This document shows positions 49,995 through 64,000 of a DNA stretch of 64,000 bases, piece after piece. Each line of letters begins with the position of its first letter. Position 1 is the stretch's first letter. The stretch is from Octopus sinensis (Eukaryota), in contig NC_043000.1 in NCBI RefSeq assembly GCF_006345805.1, positions 80,042,001 through 80,106,000 on the forward strand, in the 5' to 3' direction. Under the pieces are notes generated by a model. The model searched no databases, was not told the DNA's origin, and was given only the letters and a program-made list of their open reading frames with translations. A program made the translations under genes and the position numbers.

Positions 49995-50612
49995 GGTACT
50001 GATTGTGATCCAGACCACAAAATGGTTAGGGCCAAGTTCATGTTCAGGGTCCATAAGAAGATTAGTAGCACAGGTGTACAAGTACCAAAGAAAATTGATG
50101 TAGAGCTGCTAAAACAACCACAGATTTTGCTGTTGTTTCAGAAGAGATTTTGCAAAGTTCATTTTGAAGGTTAAAAACAAAGTGCAACTAGAAAAGTTGT
50201 ACAATTCTCAGGAAGCAGACTTGCAAAAAGAACTCAAGAGGCTTAAATTTATCTGAGGAAGTACAAGCAGCCTAGGACAGGACATTAAAAGTTTCTATAG
50301 TTTATTGCTTTTGGACTGCAATCTTCATCATATGTTCCCTTGAAGTCGAAAGATGGAAATGTGGTTAGTAAAGATCCTCCTCGAATAATGAATACTTTGC
50401 AGATCTTTTTCGCAATCCATCTGCTGTAAACATGCATATCATAAACAACATTCTGCAAAAAGAGTGCAACACATTATGTAAACGGAGATCAGGTAAAGCT
50501 CCTGGATTGGATGGTATTCCAGTTGAAATTCTGAGAGCAGGTGGGGATCAAATTTCATCTGAAATTTATAACCTGATAACTTGAGTTTGGAATGAATCTT
50601 CTGTGCCACAAT
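49995..50612 (+). pseudogene. Old RTE-type ORF remnant (endonuclease end to RT start)
   Basis: [13 protein letters not shown]... and GKAPGLDGIPVEILRAGG. Confidence 0.75.
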
Positions 50613-50809
50613 AGACTCTGACTGTCTCTATCTTTCTCCCTAACTCTATCACATCTCCCTCTTTTTGCTTGTCCTACTGGGGTAGTAAGACAGTATTTCC
50701 TGTCCTTCTATTATACTCTAACCTCTCACCTAGCACATGACCACTTCTCTCGGTTCTACTCCTTCTCTCAGCTGAGAGTCTCTTGTCCTGCAAGCTAATG
50801 ATCACCCTT

Positions 50810-51085
50810 CAGGTGCTGATACCACATAAAAAGCACCCATGCTGGTACCATATAAAAAGCACCTATGCTAGTACCATGTAAAAAGTACTTGTACTGGCAC
50901 CATCTAAAAAGCATCTAGTACACTCTGTAAAGTGGTAGGTATTAGGAAGGGCATCCAGCTATAGAAACCATACCAAAACAGACAATTGGAGCCTGGTGCA
51001 GCTCTCTGGCTTACATCTCCCGTTAAACTATCCAATCCATGCAGGCATGGAAAACAGACATTAAATGATGATGGTGATGATGATA
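50810..51085 (+). mobile_element. RTE-tail repeat
   Basis: taaaaagcaccc repeats, ggaagggcatccagctatagaaac, gcatggaaaacagacattaaatgatg. Confidence 0.7.
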
Positions 51086-51095
51086 ATATGTATGC

Positions 51096-51126
<31 letters not shown>

Positions 51127-51193
51127 CCGGAGTAAACACATAAATGTGAAACAAGGTGGAAAAAAGAGTACTCAAATACCAGTGGTAGAGTAA

Positions 51194-51352
51194 TATGCTT
51201 TATTTAAAGCAGCTGAAAATTCAACAAAATCTGTTACTCTGAGTTTCGCGTTGCCGTTCATCGGACAGTTTTTGCTAGAATAGAACCGATATGTCAATTC
51301 TATCCAGAGTAACAGGTTTTGTTGAATTTTCTGCTGCTTTAAATAAAGTATA
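51194..51352. repeat. Short fold-back (48-bp arms) with a hammerhead-like core in the loop
   Basis: Arms tttatttaaagcagc...gttactctg and cagagtaac...gctttaaataaa. Minus-strand loop reads aactgt CCGATGA ACG-gcaa-CGC GAAAC TC; a related copy at about 45185 has CTGATGA. Confidence 0.6.
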
Positions 51353-51398
51353 TATATCTATATATATATCTATCTATATGTATATATATATATATATA

Positions 51399-51612
51399 TG
51401 AGTGTGTGCTGAAAAGTTCCTGACCTTGGGTAAAAGAAAATACAAGTAGATCAGTTTATTATGATTTTATTTAACAATATTCTTCTCTCAGATTCACACA
51501 CTTATTGTAGCAGTCCTTCACTTTTTCTAAGCCCTGTAAGAGAACTTGGAAGGTTGGACCTCCAACCAGACTTTGCAATAACCTTTAAATCAGGAACTTT
51601 TCAGCACCCTTC

Positions 51613-51613
<1 letters not shown>
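51399..51613. mobile_element. Mariner-type MITE
   Basis: TIRs gtgctgaaaagttcctga / tcaggaacttttcagcac, embedded in (TA)n. Confidence 0.8.
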
Positions 51614-51702
<89 letters not shown>

Positions 51703-51705
51703 ATC

Positions 51706-51743
<38 letters not shown>

Positions 51744-53594
51744 TGTACATCTGTATGTGTGTATATGTATGTATGTATTCATACACATTTTGTTTATTTT
51801 CAGGAAAACATTTGTGTCCGATCATCAAAGCATAACAAGGTGTTTGAATTTGAGAGGTAAGTTTTATCTGAAAAGTTATACATCAACAATGGTGCTATGA
51901 CTTTTAATTACTTTGTTGTTGTTCCTATTGTCATCATTTAGTTTGTTATTAGGCTTTCTGAGGCAGCCCAATGGCACATATTTGTTTGAATGTCTGAGTG
52001 TGAGTCACAGATTCAATATTTCAGATATTCCATGGAAACTGTATATCAAATATTTCTTGGTTTTGTTGTTGTTTAGCCCATATTGACACTGCTCAAACTA
52101 AACTATGATCAAATGCATGCTAACTGTGACCACCTCACCTTTTTTTTATCTTTAGATACAGAGCTCTGACAATAACATTACATTATTTCATATTTCTCTG
52201 AAAGTGAAAAGATAAATTGAAGAACATTCAGGACCGGTTCCAGGAATTTTTTGTGGAGAGGACACAAGGTCAGAAGAGAATACAATTCCAGGAGAAAATG
52301 GCGTAATAACTCTATTTAGAAGGGAGCACTTCATTTCTTGGGGAGCCCACACCCCCTCCTTGGATCTGCCCCTGACATTTGACTAGTACTTCAAGCATAT
52401 TGAACAAGGTGATCTTCTATATTGCTTTGTGTGTTCAGTGTTGGAATTTCTGTTGTTTTGCAAGCATTCCAACTGTGACATACCCATCTTATTATTGGGC
52501 ATACAGTTACAGAATTGACTTTGACATATCTGTTTGAGTTTTCATGGTCAGTTGGGTTTATTTGCAAAGCTATTTGGCTGTTGTAATTACATAGTGTTGT
52601 TTTTGTTATTGTTGTTGTTTCACTCCAGGCTACTTTTCATATGATCAAAGATTCTCTGATTGTGGTCATCATGATTTTCAGTCTTGACCTTCATTCAAAA
52701 ATTTGAATGCTACTTCTAGCAAGTGAACTAACCTTATACAGTATCCTTGTTGAACTGTTGTTGTTATTGTTGCTGTTGTTGTTGCTGCTGCTGCTGCTAT
52801 TCGTAGGGATAGATGCATTGATTAGTTCCATTGTCAATCCTAATTTGAGATATTCCAGCCATAAACATTTCAACATTTTAGGATTATTCAGAACTACATT
52901 ATGTAGCATGCTACTAAGTTGTGATTTAAGGAATATTTGACTGTTAGTTCTAGCATGCTGTACAACCATGTAGAGGCACCTTCATTGGTTTGTTGTTGTT
53001 ACTGATGGTGGTTGTGGTATTGTTGCATTGTTAATGACATCAATAATGTTCTTAATGAAGTTTTTCTCGTGTCACCATTCCTCTCCTTCCATGACCATTC
53101 ATTAAAGTAGTTGTCATACTACTAATGATCTTGTGTGAGAGCTGCATATGTGTCACACATTCTTGGTTCTCCTTTCTCATAAAAGTGATACAGAAACTAA
53201 TATTCTGGTGTTACTATTGTTCCATGTGGAAGGATTAGAGTGCTGGCTGGAAAATATCCACTGTATTTAGTTACCCAAAGGTGCATAACACAACGTAAGA
53301 GCATTGAGCTTATAATTGTTAGGTGATGGGTTCAGTTCTCAGACCAGGCAGCATGTTGTATGCCAGACCAAGGCACTTCTCTTTATGTTGCTTTCAACTA
53401 AAAATGTATGCCAGTAGCAGCTGGGATTAATCCTGAAATAGACAGACAACCCATTTGAGTGGGAGTCTTACACTCTCAGTTTCTTAAAGGCAATAAGCTA
53501 GTTTGCTAAACTAAGATTAACTCTAGCCTAATCATCTAGTGAGAATAAGACACATTTTAACTTTTCAATTAATTAATTTATCTCACTTTAAGTT

Positions 53595-53900
53595 ATCATC
53601 ATCATCATTATCATCATCATTTAATGTCTGCCTTCCTTGCTGGCACAGGCTGGACAGACAGAAGACTGCACCAGACTTCTGTGTCTGTTTCCACATGGTT
53701 TTATGGATGGTTGCCCTTCCTAACACCAACCACCCTGCAGAGTGGACTGAGTGCATTTTATGTGACACCAGCAAGATTAGTTTTGGCATAGTTTTTATGG
53801 CTGGCCCTTCTAAATGCTAACCACTTTACAATGTGGACTGTATGAGTTTTATGTGGTACCAGCACCAGTTGGGTTACCAAGTAACTTGCAAGACAAGACG
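53595..53900 (-). mobile_element. RTE-tail repeat
   Basis: (CAT)n, then tttaatgtctgccttccttgctggcacagg...cccttcctaacacc. Confidence 0.65.
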
Positions 53901-54043
53901 TCTTTGAGAGGGGAGGGGCACTGATTGGAGGAGGTGATCCTGTGTTGGATGATGAAAGATTAGAGTGTGACTAAGACAATGAGGCCAAAACAAGTGTCTT
54001 GCTGTAGAGAAGGTACATGGTTACCTGGCCAGAGAAAGAGAGG

Positions 54044-54128
<85 letters not shown>

Positions 54129-54209
54129 TTAACAAGAAAGAAGATAAATACAGTTGTGCTGCTGTAATGGAGATACTTGGTTACCTAGCCAGAGGGAAGA
54201 GCAAGAGAA

Positions 54210-54251
<42 letters not shown>

Positions 54252-57200
54252 TATCAAGTGTGCAAGTGAGTGTAGGAGAGAGATGGTGGTGAAGTGCTAG
54301 GGTATACTCACTTACCTGAAGATGCATAATCCAATATAGAGTGTTGTGTTATGAATTCAAATTCTGCTGAGGTTGACTTTTTATCCTTTTGGGGTGATAA
54401 AATAAGCTCTATTTAGAATATATGAGTTAATTAATAATCAATTAGACCTTCATGTAAAATCTGAGACCTTGTACCTATTTTAGAAATCATTATATTTCTG
54501 AGATGAATATTCAGCTCAGAGAAAGGCTCTACAAATAGAAAGATAAAATTTTATTGTCAGAGAAATATACTCCCTTGTATCAGATGCTATATCTCCTATA
54601 GATATTGATAATCTTATAATCATAGTGTCATCATCATGGCTAACAGCTTTTCTTATCAATATATAAAAAAAGAAAAAAGAAATAGATTACTTGCATTTGC
54701 TTCATTACAAGACAAATTACAATATATTACAGGATTTTATAGAACTACTTGTGACACCTGATATTCTATTCCATCACTGCTAATTTGTCTTATTGCAGAG
54801 AATTGGTGATTTATTATTTAATCAAGAGATAACCCTGGTATCTAAAGGTTATTTCTGCTATCTGTAACCTGTACCAATGGCTCATCTATATACTCTCATC
54901 CACATTCAACTGTGCTCTATACTTCACTCCAACTAAAACATGACTGCTTTGAGTAAAAGTGGAAGCATGAAAGCTATAAGCTTATGGTAGAAAAGTACTG
55001 AATACTAAGTCATAAAATCATATCTTACCACCATGGTCACTACAATGTGTTTTTGAACAAGAGACCTAACACCAGTTTATCTAACTAACTTTAAAGGATC
55101 ATGTTGCACTTGCTGTGGCACAGTTGATTTATTAACAGAAGAGATAGACATCCACATCTATCCTTCAGAATACAAGAACTCCAACAAATAAAACATCTCA
55201 CAATGAAAAATTGATGTAAAAGTAGCAGCAACAACAACAACAACAACTACAACAACAACTACAACAACAGTGACAACAAAATGTACATCAATGTTCAGTT
55301 TGTCTCCAAACTCTTATGGTAAAACATAGAGACTTCTGATATTATTACTGTCATGTATGAAAGACAACCACCCACTGCATCCATTCCACAGAAGTGTTGC
55401 TGCCTTGAGAAATAATTGCTCTGTCAGAGAAAACCCAACCAGTGTAGTACTAACAGAGGGGAAAATAAAATTGCTCTTACTTCTGTTTACATGACCAAAT
55501 CGACACCAACACCATCTAATGGCACATGTTTCAGATAATAATGGCACCAGATTGAACTGTTTGTTCACTTTGAAAAATAATCTTGTAGCAGGAAGTCAGT
55601 TATTTCAATAGAAGCATATACACAGTTAGAGAGATGGATAATACCTAATGGCAGACCTACTAATCAAATTGATTGCTTTCTTTACAAATTATTAACTGAA
55701 AAAGAAACACAAAAAGCTGCATAGACCATTGCATATACACAAGTTGATGGAAAGTGGAAAATTCTGATTCTTTCAGAAAGAGTAAAGAAATGCTATCTTT
55801 TAGAAAATCAACATATCTTCTATAATGATTGTTATATTCCTCTAATCCATGATGCATCAGCTCATTGACTTAGCTATTGATCTTTCTTAATATTCAATAA
55901 ACACTTTATCTTTGAAGTGATCAAGCACAACAAACATAGACATACAATCAATTTAAAAATGTTGGCACTGGAAACTAGAAGGAAAGTAAATGTTTCTCAT
56001 ATAAATGTTCTGGTTAATTACCAAATAGAAAAATAGTATCTGAAGTGAAGTATTGAAAACAGAAATCTATTGTAAATGGTGAGCTGACACCTTAACAAGC
56101 CATTATCTTCCTACACGCACTGAGCCAAAGAACATTATTCTACTTGACTCAATCAACCTAATTGCAGGGTTTCAACAACCAATAACATTTTACAGACTGA
56201 AAGAATCAGTGAAGAATTACATAAAATACCTTATTGTATTTAGTTACTTCTGAGTTCAAATCTTTCTAAGGCTAATTTTGATTATTATCCTTTTGGGTTG
56301 ATCTATCCTTCCCTACAATTTTCAATCTTCTGTCTGTGCTAGAAGCTTTTTGCAGTTTTTTATTTTCTTCCTCTCTTTTCTAAATCACTATTTCTTATTT
56401 CATACTCTCTTCTGTAATACTGTTGATTCCTTGAAGACTAGAAATATCTTGTTTCATAGCTATTTGTATTCATTTTCCATTGTTGTTTACTAGATATCCT
56501 GATAATTCTACTGTGAATATTTTATAATAATTTTCTTATTGCATAAGTCCTCTAACATTCCATGTTTATCGTAAATGCAGTCATTATTTTTCTTGTTTTT
56601 CTGTCTAGTCTTGCAAGTTCGTTTAGCATCCAATTGAAGATATATATATTATTACTGGGACAGTTAGAGTATTGATGCTTGTTATCTTATTTTATTATGA
56701 TCTATTTTTTTTTTACATTTAGTTCTGTTTAAATATTAATCTTATGCATCTATAATGTTCCTTACAGATATTTTCTTTTATATGTGTGTAGTACACTATC
56801 TGATTCATTGATTCTGAATTTGGTCTAATTTTTTTATCTTTGTTTCTGTATTTAGCATGAGATTAGACTTCTTAATTAATTTTCCTCTCTTCAAGGTTGC
56901 TTTGGTGTATATTTTTAATCTCAATCTCATATCAATTTCTCTCTAGTCGTGTTTCATCATCGTTGTCATAGTTATCATCGTCACTTTCATTTTAACATCT
57001 GCTTTCCATGCTGTTATTGGTTGGATAGGTTGCTATGATCTGAATCCCTTTTCATTAAATGCTATTGCTCCTAAATACTTTGAGCCTCTAAATGTTATTT
57101 GGTTCTCATTTCTACAGCTGGATGCTCTTCCTCACACAAACCACTGTCATTAATATATATATTTTTAACAAGCTCATCAGCTTATATGACACCAGCACCT

Positions 57201-57489
57201 GTTCTATCACTGTTTTCCTTTATATTGCAGAAAGGAAGGTGAGTAGCTGTTATCTCTAGTGGTTAAGTGTCTATCATTGACAAGACCAAGGAAGGTTGAA
57301 ATTATATGATCAAGTTGTCTCATCACTGGAGATGGCAAAGATTTATCTCCCTACATATGATATAAACAAGAGTGCATTTGTACCAAAAGCCAATATGGAA
57401 GTTTTTCTCGTGGTATCTACCACAGTATAGTTTGTTCTAACAGATCATCTGTGTATAAGTGGAGATAAATATTACCTCTCAGTAAAGTT

Positions 57490-57905
57490 AGAGTATATTG
57501 GAAATGGGGAAGAAGGTGATCCAGTGCAGTCTCTTATATTTAGGTCTGCTACAGCAAACAAGCAAGTCTGCTATGCTTACAATTGAAGGAATATTCCACC
57601 AGTATTCCTTGAGTTGGTGTTTATGAATGTATTCCATTACAGAGGGATTTTCTAAGTTTATTTCTAGACAATATATTTTTTTTTTTGTGGATGGCATTGT
57701 AAATTGTTTTAGCAACAACATCGTAGTACCCTGACAACATTTTAGGACAGCCGCTAATCACATGCATATCTTCCACAGAAACATGACATAGCCTACACAT
57801 GCAGTTGCACCTTGGGATTGCAAGAGTGTCACTGTCTCTCTTGTTTGCCAAGTACTTTGTGGCAATCTCCTGTTCCTGGATTACAAATGCATAACCTTCA
57901 AAGTG
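57490..57905 (-). pseudogene. R4/Dong-like non-LTR C-terminal remnant
   Basis: HFEGYAFVIQEQEIATKY...CRLCHVSVEDMHVISGCPKM...DVVAKTIY and EYWWN. Confidence 0.7.
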
Positions 57906-57984
57906 TGATGTGATGTAGTGGTCTTGTGTCCAAGACAGGCTGCACTTCATGTCAATTCTGCTTTTTTTTTATTTCAGGCTTCTG

Positions 57985-58240
57985 TATGTATGTATGTATG
58001 TATGTATGTATGTATGTATGTATGTATGTATGTATGTATGTATGTATGTGTGTATGTGTGTATGTATGTATGTATGTATGTATGTATGTATGTATGTATG
58101 CATGTATGTATGTATGTATGTATGTGTGAATGTGTGTATGTGTGTATGTATGTATGTTTGTATGTATGTATGTATGTATGTATGTATGTATGTATGTATG
58201 TATGTACATATATATGTATCTACGTATGTATGTATGTATA
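57985..58240. repeat. (TATG)n microsatellite
   Basis: Direct reading. Confidence 0.95.
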
Positions 58241-59349
58241 TTGCATGGTTAGGCTATTGGCAACTAAACTGGTAACCGTACCAAGGGTGGGCAGGGTGGC
58301 TTTCATTGGACATCTGCAGCAGGAAAACCTATCTAAGTGCAGATGAAGTCATTTGAGTCAATGACCTTCCAACTGCTGGGAGTGAGATATCTCTACTTTT
58401 CATGTAGACATCTCTCTAGGAAAAGAAGACTAATGTAGCACTTGTGACTTTGTTTGTGTTGGATGATGTAGAGTATTTATTTAGGGCAAATACATATATT
58501 GTTTAGAGTGTGGGCTCTGTACAATGCCTTTCTTCACTTTTAAAAAGTTTCAGGTACAGCCTCACTTAAGTTTTAACATCTCTATTATCTGCTGCATTCT
58601 ATAGCTTGCTGTAACCAAGAAAGAAATGCAAAACATTTATTGGAAAATTCCATAACAGAATGAAAGCATGTATCTGCATAAGTGGTAACTTTCTGAACAC
58701 CTGCTGTCAAAGGTACTCATCATTGCCACAGCTATGTAAAAAAAGTGTAGGTGCCTTTAAGATAACAATCAAGTCATGGCAATATTTGAAATTATGTATG
58801 ATTTGAGAATTGTGTAAAGTGTAAACTGTTTTAGAATTGAAGGTATGTGAAACATGGTATAAAGCAATGCTTGTCGTTGCCATCAATGGAGGAAATAAGT
58901 GAAAGGAATGGTGTTTTTCAAAGAAACACACATTTTTTTCATGCAGAATTTAAATGAGCTGCTCAAAACTGCACTGCCAATGTAGTTAATGGGAGGAAGC
59001 TTGCTTTGCAATATCTGCAGGCATGTAAGTTTATCAAGGGCTGTGTTCATTAGTCACCAGCAGAACCACAAGTGGAAAGAATAAATTTGTCTGTGCACAA
59101 TGCTCTTAATGGTCAATGATAATCTTCCTCCAACACGAGTGAATAGCCATCATGTATGAATGTATGTATGTATGTATGTATGTTTTATTTCGGTGATTTC
59201 CTTCTCCTAGGTAGATTACCAACAAAGGTTAAAGAGCTTCTACCTGCTCATGAGGTAGGCTGTCCTGTACCAGACACCAAACTGGTACCAAATGCTCCAC
59301 AGAGTAATTAAGTGTCATTCCAGCATCCAACGTGGAGCATACCTGTCAA

Positions 59350-59520
59350 TGCCATGTATGCCATAAAGTCTGAAAATCTAACGGAGGCCTCAAAAGACAT
59401 TTTAAGATCTACAAAGATCATAACTTAACTGCAGCTCTTGGTAATCCAAAGCAGATATGCAATTTATGTGGGTGTCTTTTCAAAACATTGTCTGGTTTAA
59501 AAAGCCACATCAGATGCCAT
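59350..59520 (+). pseudogene. Two C2H2 zinc-finger motifs, likely the C-terminus of an RTE-type element
   Basis: CHVCHKV*KSNGGLKRHFKIYKDH...CNLCGCLFKTLSGLKSHIRCH in one frame, with one TGA. Confidence 0.6.
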
Positions 59521-59590
59521 GATAGATCTAAGTGTAAGTGCAAGAGGTGGTCAAACTCTGCATAAGGAGTAGACAACCACTAGGACCATG

Positions 59591-59624
<34 letters not shown>

Positions 59625-59864
59625 TGTATGTATGTATGTATGTATGTATGTATGTATGTATGTATGTATTATGTATATGTATGTGTGTATGTGCGTGTGT
59701 GAAACTGAACATAAAAAACAAAGAAATAACAAATTCTCAAACAAAACAAATGAAATATTATCACACCATAACGATTTTTGTGCTAATTATGAAAGAGTTC
59801 ATTCAATTATGGGAAAAATTCTTGTCAATATTATCATTGTTGTCAAAGTAGTGAGCCTTCAGAA

Positions 59865-60060
59865 CTGTTAGCATGCTGGCTAAAAAGCTTAGAAGCAATT
59901 TGTTTGTCACTATGTTCTGAGTTCAAATTCTGCTGATTTTGACTTTGCATTCCATTTTTTCAAGGTTGATAAAATAAGTACCAGTTGTGCACTGGGGTCA
60001 ATGTAATCAACTTGCAACCTCTTACGAAATTGCTGGCCTTGTGCCAAAATTGGAAATCAA
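59865..60060 (+). mobile_element. SINE family A copy
   Basis: gaactgttagcatgctgg...gttctgagttcaaattctgctg...aataagtaccagttgtgcactgggg. Confidence 0.7.
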
Positions 60061-61435
60061 TATTATCAATATTATAAAAATTATTATCAATATTGTTGAT
60101 ATTATTTTTTCAATTTAATTACAGTTATTATCATTATTACTTGAGTGGTGGACTGGCAAAATCATCAGCACACTTAGTTAAGGGTACACATGTCTATGAA
60201 GTGCTTGGTCACTTGCATGTTAATTTCATGAGCAGAGTGTTCAGTTGGTTGGATCAAATGGAACACTTGTCATCGCAACTGAAGGAGTGCGTGTGTGTGT
60301 GTGCACGCACATGCATGCGTGTATGTGTGTGTATGTATTTTTCTTTGTATGTCTTATATTAACACTGTACAAACAATGCATTCTGTAGCTCAGTATTCAG
60401 TATGTGAACACTGAATAAAATGTGCTTAACTTGGAAACGATATGGCTTGACAAAAAGAAGGGCATCCAAGTGTAGAATACTACCTCAAATAGTATCTTTC
60501 AGCCCATACTAGCATGGAGAAAATGGCTATACAAAGGACGATAGGATAATTGACATTGATGATGTAGATGATGGAGACTGATATTGATGCACTGTCTTTT
60601 GTTAGAGTGCCTACAGAATTATGATTTGTAATGATATGATATTTACTCCTTCATCAAATACATCATTGCCATCATTGCCAACATCATCATCTTTATTGTC
60701 AGTATTGTCATCATCATCATCAGTATCATCATTGACATCAACATCATCATTATCATCCTATTGTAGTGTGTGTTGCTTTCCATTTCAGAGTCTATGGCCC
60801 TGATGACAGTCAGCAAAATGTCTTTGATCAAGTTCAGCCAATGCTAACATCATTGCTCGATGGGTATGTTATTGAGATGCTTTGATTCATTCACTTGTCG
60901 CCACTTCTCTCTTGAAAAGTTACTTCAATATTGCTGTTGAAAACAAAGAAAGAGAAAATACTTCTGGTCAGGCAATTGTTGTACTGAAGACAGTTGTTGA
61001 GCCAAAAGCATCTTTTCATGCCTGTCCTCTTATCTTCAGACAAGCTTGCCTTTTTCCTTAATGACACATCGATTCTTGAGATTATCTCCCTTTTTTCATA
61101 TGGAGCTCATTAGCTCATTGTAATTGCTATTTAGTAGTTATGACATGTCCTCTGAGGAAAAGAAAATTTTAATAAATCAAGAATTTATGTTGTATAGTAT
61201 TTGATATGCCTGTATTGATATACATATGTATACATACATACAGACATATGTATGTATACATATGTATACATACATACAGACATATGTATGTATATATATA
61301 TATATTAATACACATGAATATGCATACATACACACATGTATATATATGTGTATATATGTGTGTGTCTGTGTGTGTGCACGCATGCATAAATAAATACAAT
61401 ATCCAAAATGTACAGTATTATATATAGTTCATCAC

Positions 61436-61527
61436 AGCTGACCTTACCAGTCAGTTTTGCACTAGGAATACAATGGAATGTTAGGTAACAATCCAATTAT
61501 ATAACCTTATGCTCATCAGAGTTAGCC
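61436..61527 (-). ncRNA. Degenerate paralogue of the 44771 hammerhead
   Basis: GGCTAACT CTGATGA GCATAAGG...CCTAGTGC AAAA CTGACTGG TA AGGTCAGCT; G12 is mutated to A. Confidence 0.5.
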
Positions 61528-61658
61528 AATATGGAAGAGAATATGGCAACTGTTCTCTAGTGTACATATACATACATACAGATCGATAGATAGACAGACA
61601 GACAGACAGGTAGATAAATAGATAGAGAGGGAGAGAGAGAGAGAGAGGGAGAGAGAGA

Positions 61659-61704
<46 letters not shown>

Positions 61705-62962
61705 TAAGTAGTTAGGTAGGTAAGTAGATAGATAAATAGGTGTTAGTAAATATCTTAAATATAGTAGAGCATGTGTATTTTATTAGAAACTAAAGCTCCT
61801 TGCATCATAACTTGAGTTTTACTTCTTATGTAGGAAAACAGCAGGAAAATATCTAAATTAAATCACTCACAAACCCATCGAAGTGAAATAAATCAGCAAT
61901 TTATATATATATATATTTGGTTTCCAAAAAGTCATTAGAAAATGCATCATACATTCATTTATTCCTTATCATGTTAATATAACTTGGAATCTTTACATCT
62001 TTTTATATGCAAAATCTCCTGAAGATTTCATGTTTTTGGCACCACATGTACAAATCACTCACAAGGAAATGAAAAAGATCTTGTTGAATAAATGACTGTT
62101 CCTTTTTAATCATACAACACTCTTTTAAGATACAACAAACTCTGCAGGGAATAAAATATTTTATCCTGTTGGTAATTCCTCATTATATAGTATGGAAGTC
62201 TTTCAAAGAATTCACCAATTCTTTTTTTTTTGTCTTCAAAATTACAAAAGGTCGTTTAATGCTATACTTCTCCAAGAGATAGAAATTTCATTTTCTGGAA
62301 TCATTAACATAAGGTGATACAAGTTTTTTAATGGACCAATCGATTTCCTAATTGTTCATACAATTATTGCTTAAATTCCAGATACACTTGGTCAGTAAAG
62401 TAGTAATGTATTTTTGTGAATGCTTGAATATATACATATGTTGTGAGTATCTTTTGTAAAATAGATTTCCTCTAAGCCTTGCATAGCTTTTTGTTTCACT
62501 GACATTAGATCATGTATTGTTACAGAGAATTAAGATTTGTAAATTAATAGGATTATACATCTTAAACTTACTGCAGGAGAGATTCTACTTCATCAAGTTT
62601 GATCTTTACTTTGATAATAAACTATTCTTTTTGGGAAGAATGAAAGACCCTATATTGAAGAAGTTATTCAATGTATTCAGAGATTTGGATTTAATGACTT
62701 CAGTAGTTAAGATTCTAAACATAATTAATTACATAAATGTGACTCCAGATTTAGGTACTGCACTATAGAAATTACAGTACATTAATATAAATTTCAACTA
62801 TCCCCAATAATTCTAGCATTCTAAGTTAATAGCATTAATAAGCATAAATATAGCTTATCTGATGAGAAATCCTTTAACTACACTGCTTGATGTTACAATG
62901 ATGCATTAAAAACATTGGTTTTAAAGATAGAATACAATGCGGCATACAGAACAACACTAGTA

Positions 62963-63605
62963 TTCATGAACGAGGACAGCAGTGTAAAGAAGTGCCAATC
63001 TCTAACTGTGGAGGAAACCTGTGGGAAAGGTATACCCAGGAAGACATGAGATGAGGTAGTGAAGCATGATCTTCAAGCTTTGAGCCTCACAGAGGCAATG
63101 ATTAGTTACCAAGACTTTTGGCGATATGCTATGCTTGAGAGAACCCATCAAGCCAATTGAAATCATAGTTGTGACTGAGTTCCTTTTGAGCATTGGGCTG
63201 CACAGAGGCAAAGTGGTTGAGTTCCTCTCAAGAGCTGGGCCTCACGGAGGCAAAGTGGCTGAGTTCCTTTCGTGTGTTGAGCCTCATGGAGGCAAAGTGG
63301 CTGAGTTCTTTTCAAGTGTTGGGCCACACGGAGGCAATGACTGAGACCTTTGGGATTATGTCATGCTTGAGAAGACCCATCAAGCCAAACAAAATCATGG
63401 CAGATACCGGTGGCACCTAAAAGCACCCATTACACTCTGGGAGGAGCTGGCATTAGGAAGGGCATCCAACCATAGAAAAAACCATGCTGAATCAGACTGG
63501 AATCTGGTGCAGCTTTCCAGTGTGCCAGCCCTGGTCAAACCGTCCAGCCCATACCAGCATGGACAATGGTTGTTAAATGATGATGATGATGATGATGATG
63601 ACGAT
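62963..63605 (+). mobile_element. RTE 3'-end fragment with ~38-bp internal tandem repeats and (ATG)n tail
   Basis: MNEDSSVKKCQSLTVEETCGKGIPRKT*DEVVKHDLQ; gagttc...ggaggcaaagtggct repeats. Confidence 0.8.
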
Positions 63606-64000
63606 TATTGGTGATCATGTTATGCCAACATCAGGTAGAATCTTAGCTGACCTGATTTAGACACTCTTCCCTGTTATGTCTGTGGAATCATGAGGTGAGG
63701 ATAGCAGCCCCACAATGCCTAGGACTCACTGGGTGTTATGGTATGGTAGGTAGGAGGGCAGTGGTGGTATTTGTGTTGTTGTTGATGGTGGTGGAGTTGG
63801 TGGTGGTGGTTGTGGTGGTAAGGTGGTGGTTTACCTGATTCTGACACAGAAGTCACGCTAGTGGCCACATTTGGGATGTCATTGTGGGTGAGGAAAATTT
63901 TGTTCAACAGCATATTTCTTTGATTTATCTAGTTCAATATGTGTATATCCATGGATCTTCTGTGAAAGTGTTATATTTCCCTTGTGATTTATTTTGTACT

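Noticed and set aside
59350-59520. Host C2H2 zinc-finger gene
   Set aside because: In-frame stop, only two fingers, no TGEKP linker; the GLKxH pattern fits retrotransposon C-termini better.

Overview
AT-rich, microsatellite-dense animal DNA made almost entirely of repeats. The SINE and RTE-tail families resemble those of octopus, which is my inference and not a database match. I found no confident host gene. Main contents: (1) an inverted and tandem array of a ~605-bp non-coding unit (20687-23140) carrying four type I hammerhead ribozyme (HHR) motifs with an unusually long (~76 nt) stem II and a palindromic stem III, i.e. a retrozyme or Penelope-pLTR-like array; (2) several other dispersed HHR or HHR-like motifs, one lying downstream of a Penelope GIY-YIG endonuclease remnant; (3) a full-length 5.26-kb Tx1/L1-type LINE with a perfect 16-bp target-site duplication (TSD), inserted into a ~602-bp tandem repeat; (4) an ORF1-only relative of that LINE at the window start, whose 3' tail is shared with the LINE and a local SINE family; (5) RTE, R4/Dong-like, mariner and Helitron remnants, many fold-back elements, SINEs and simple repeats. 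All alignments and folds were done by eye, so boundaries of degenerate elements are approximate.
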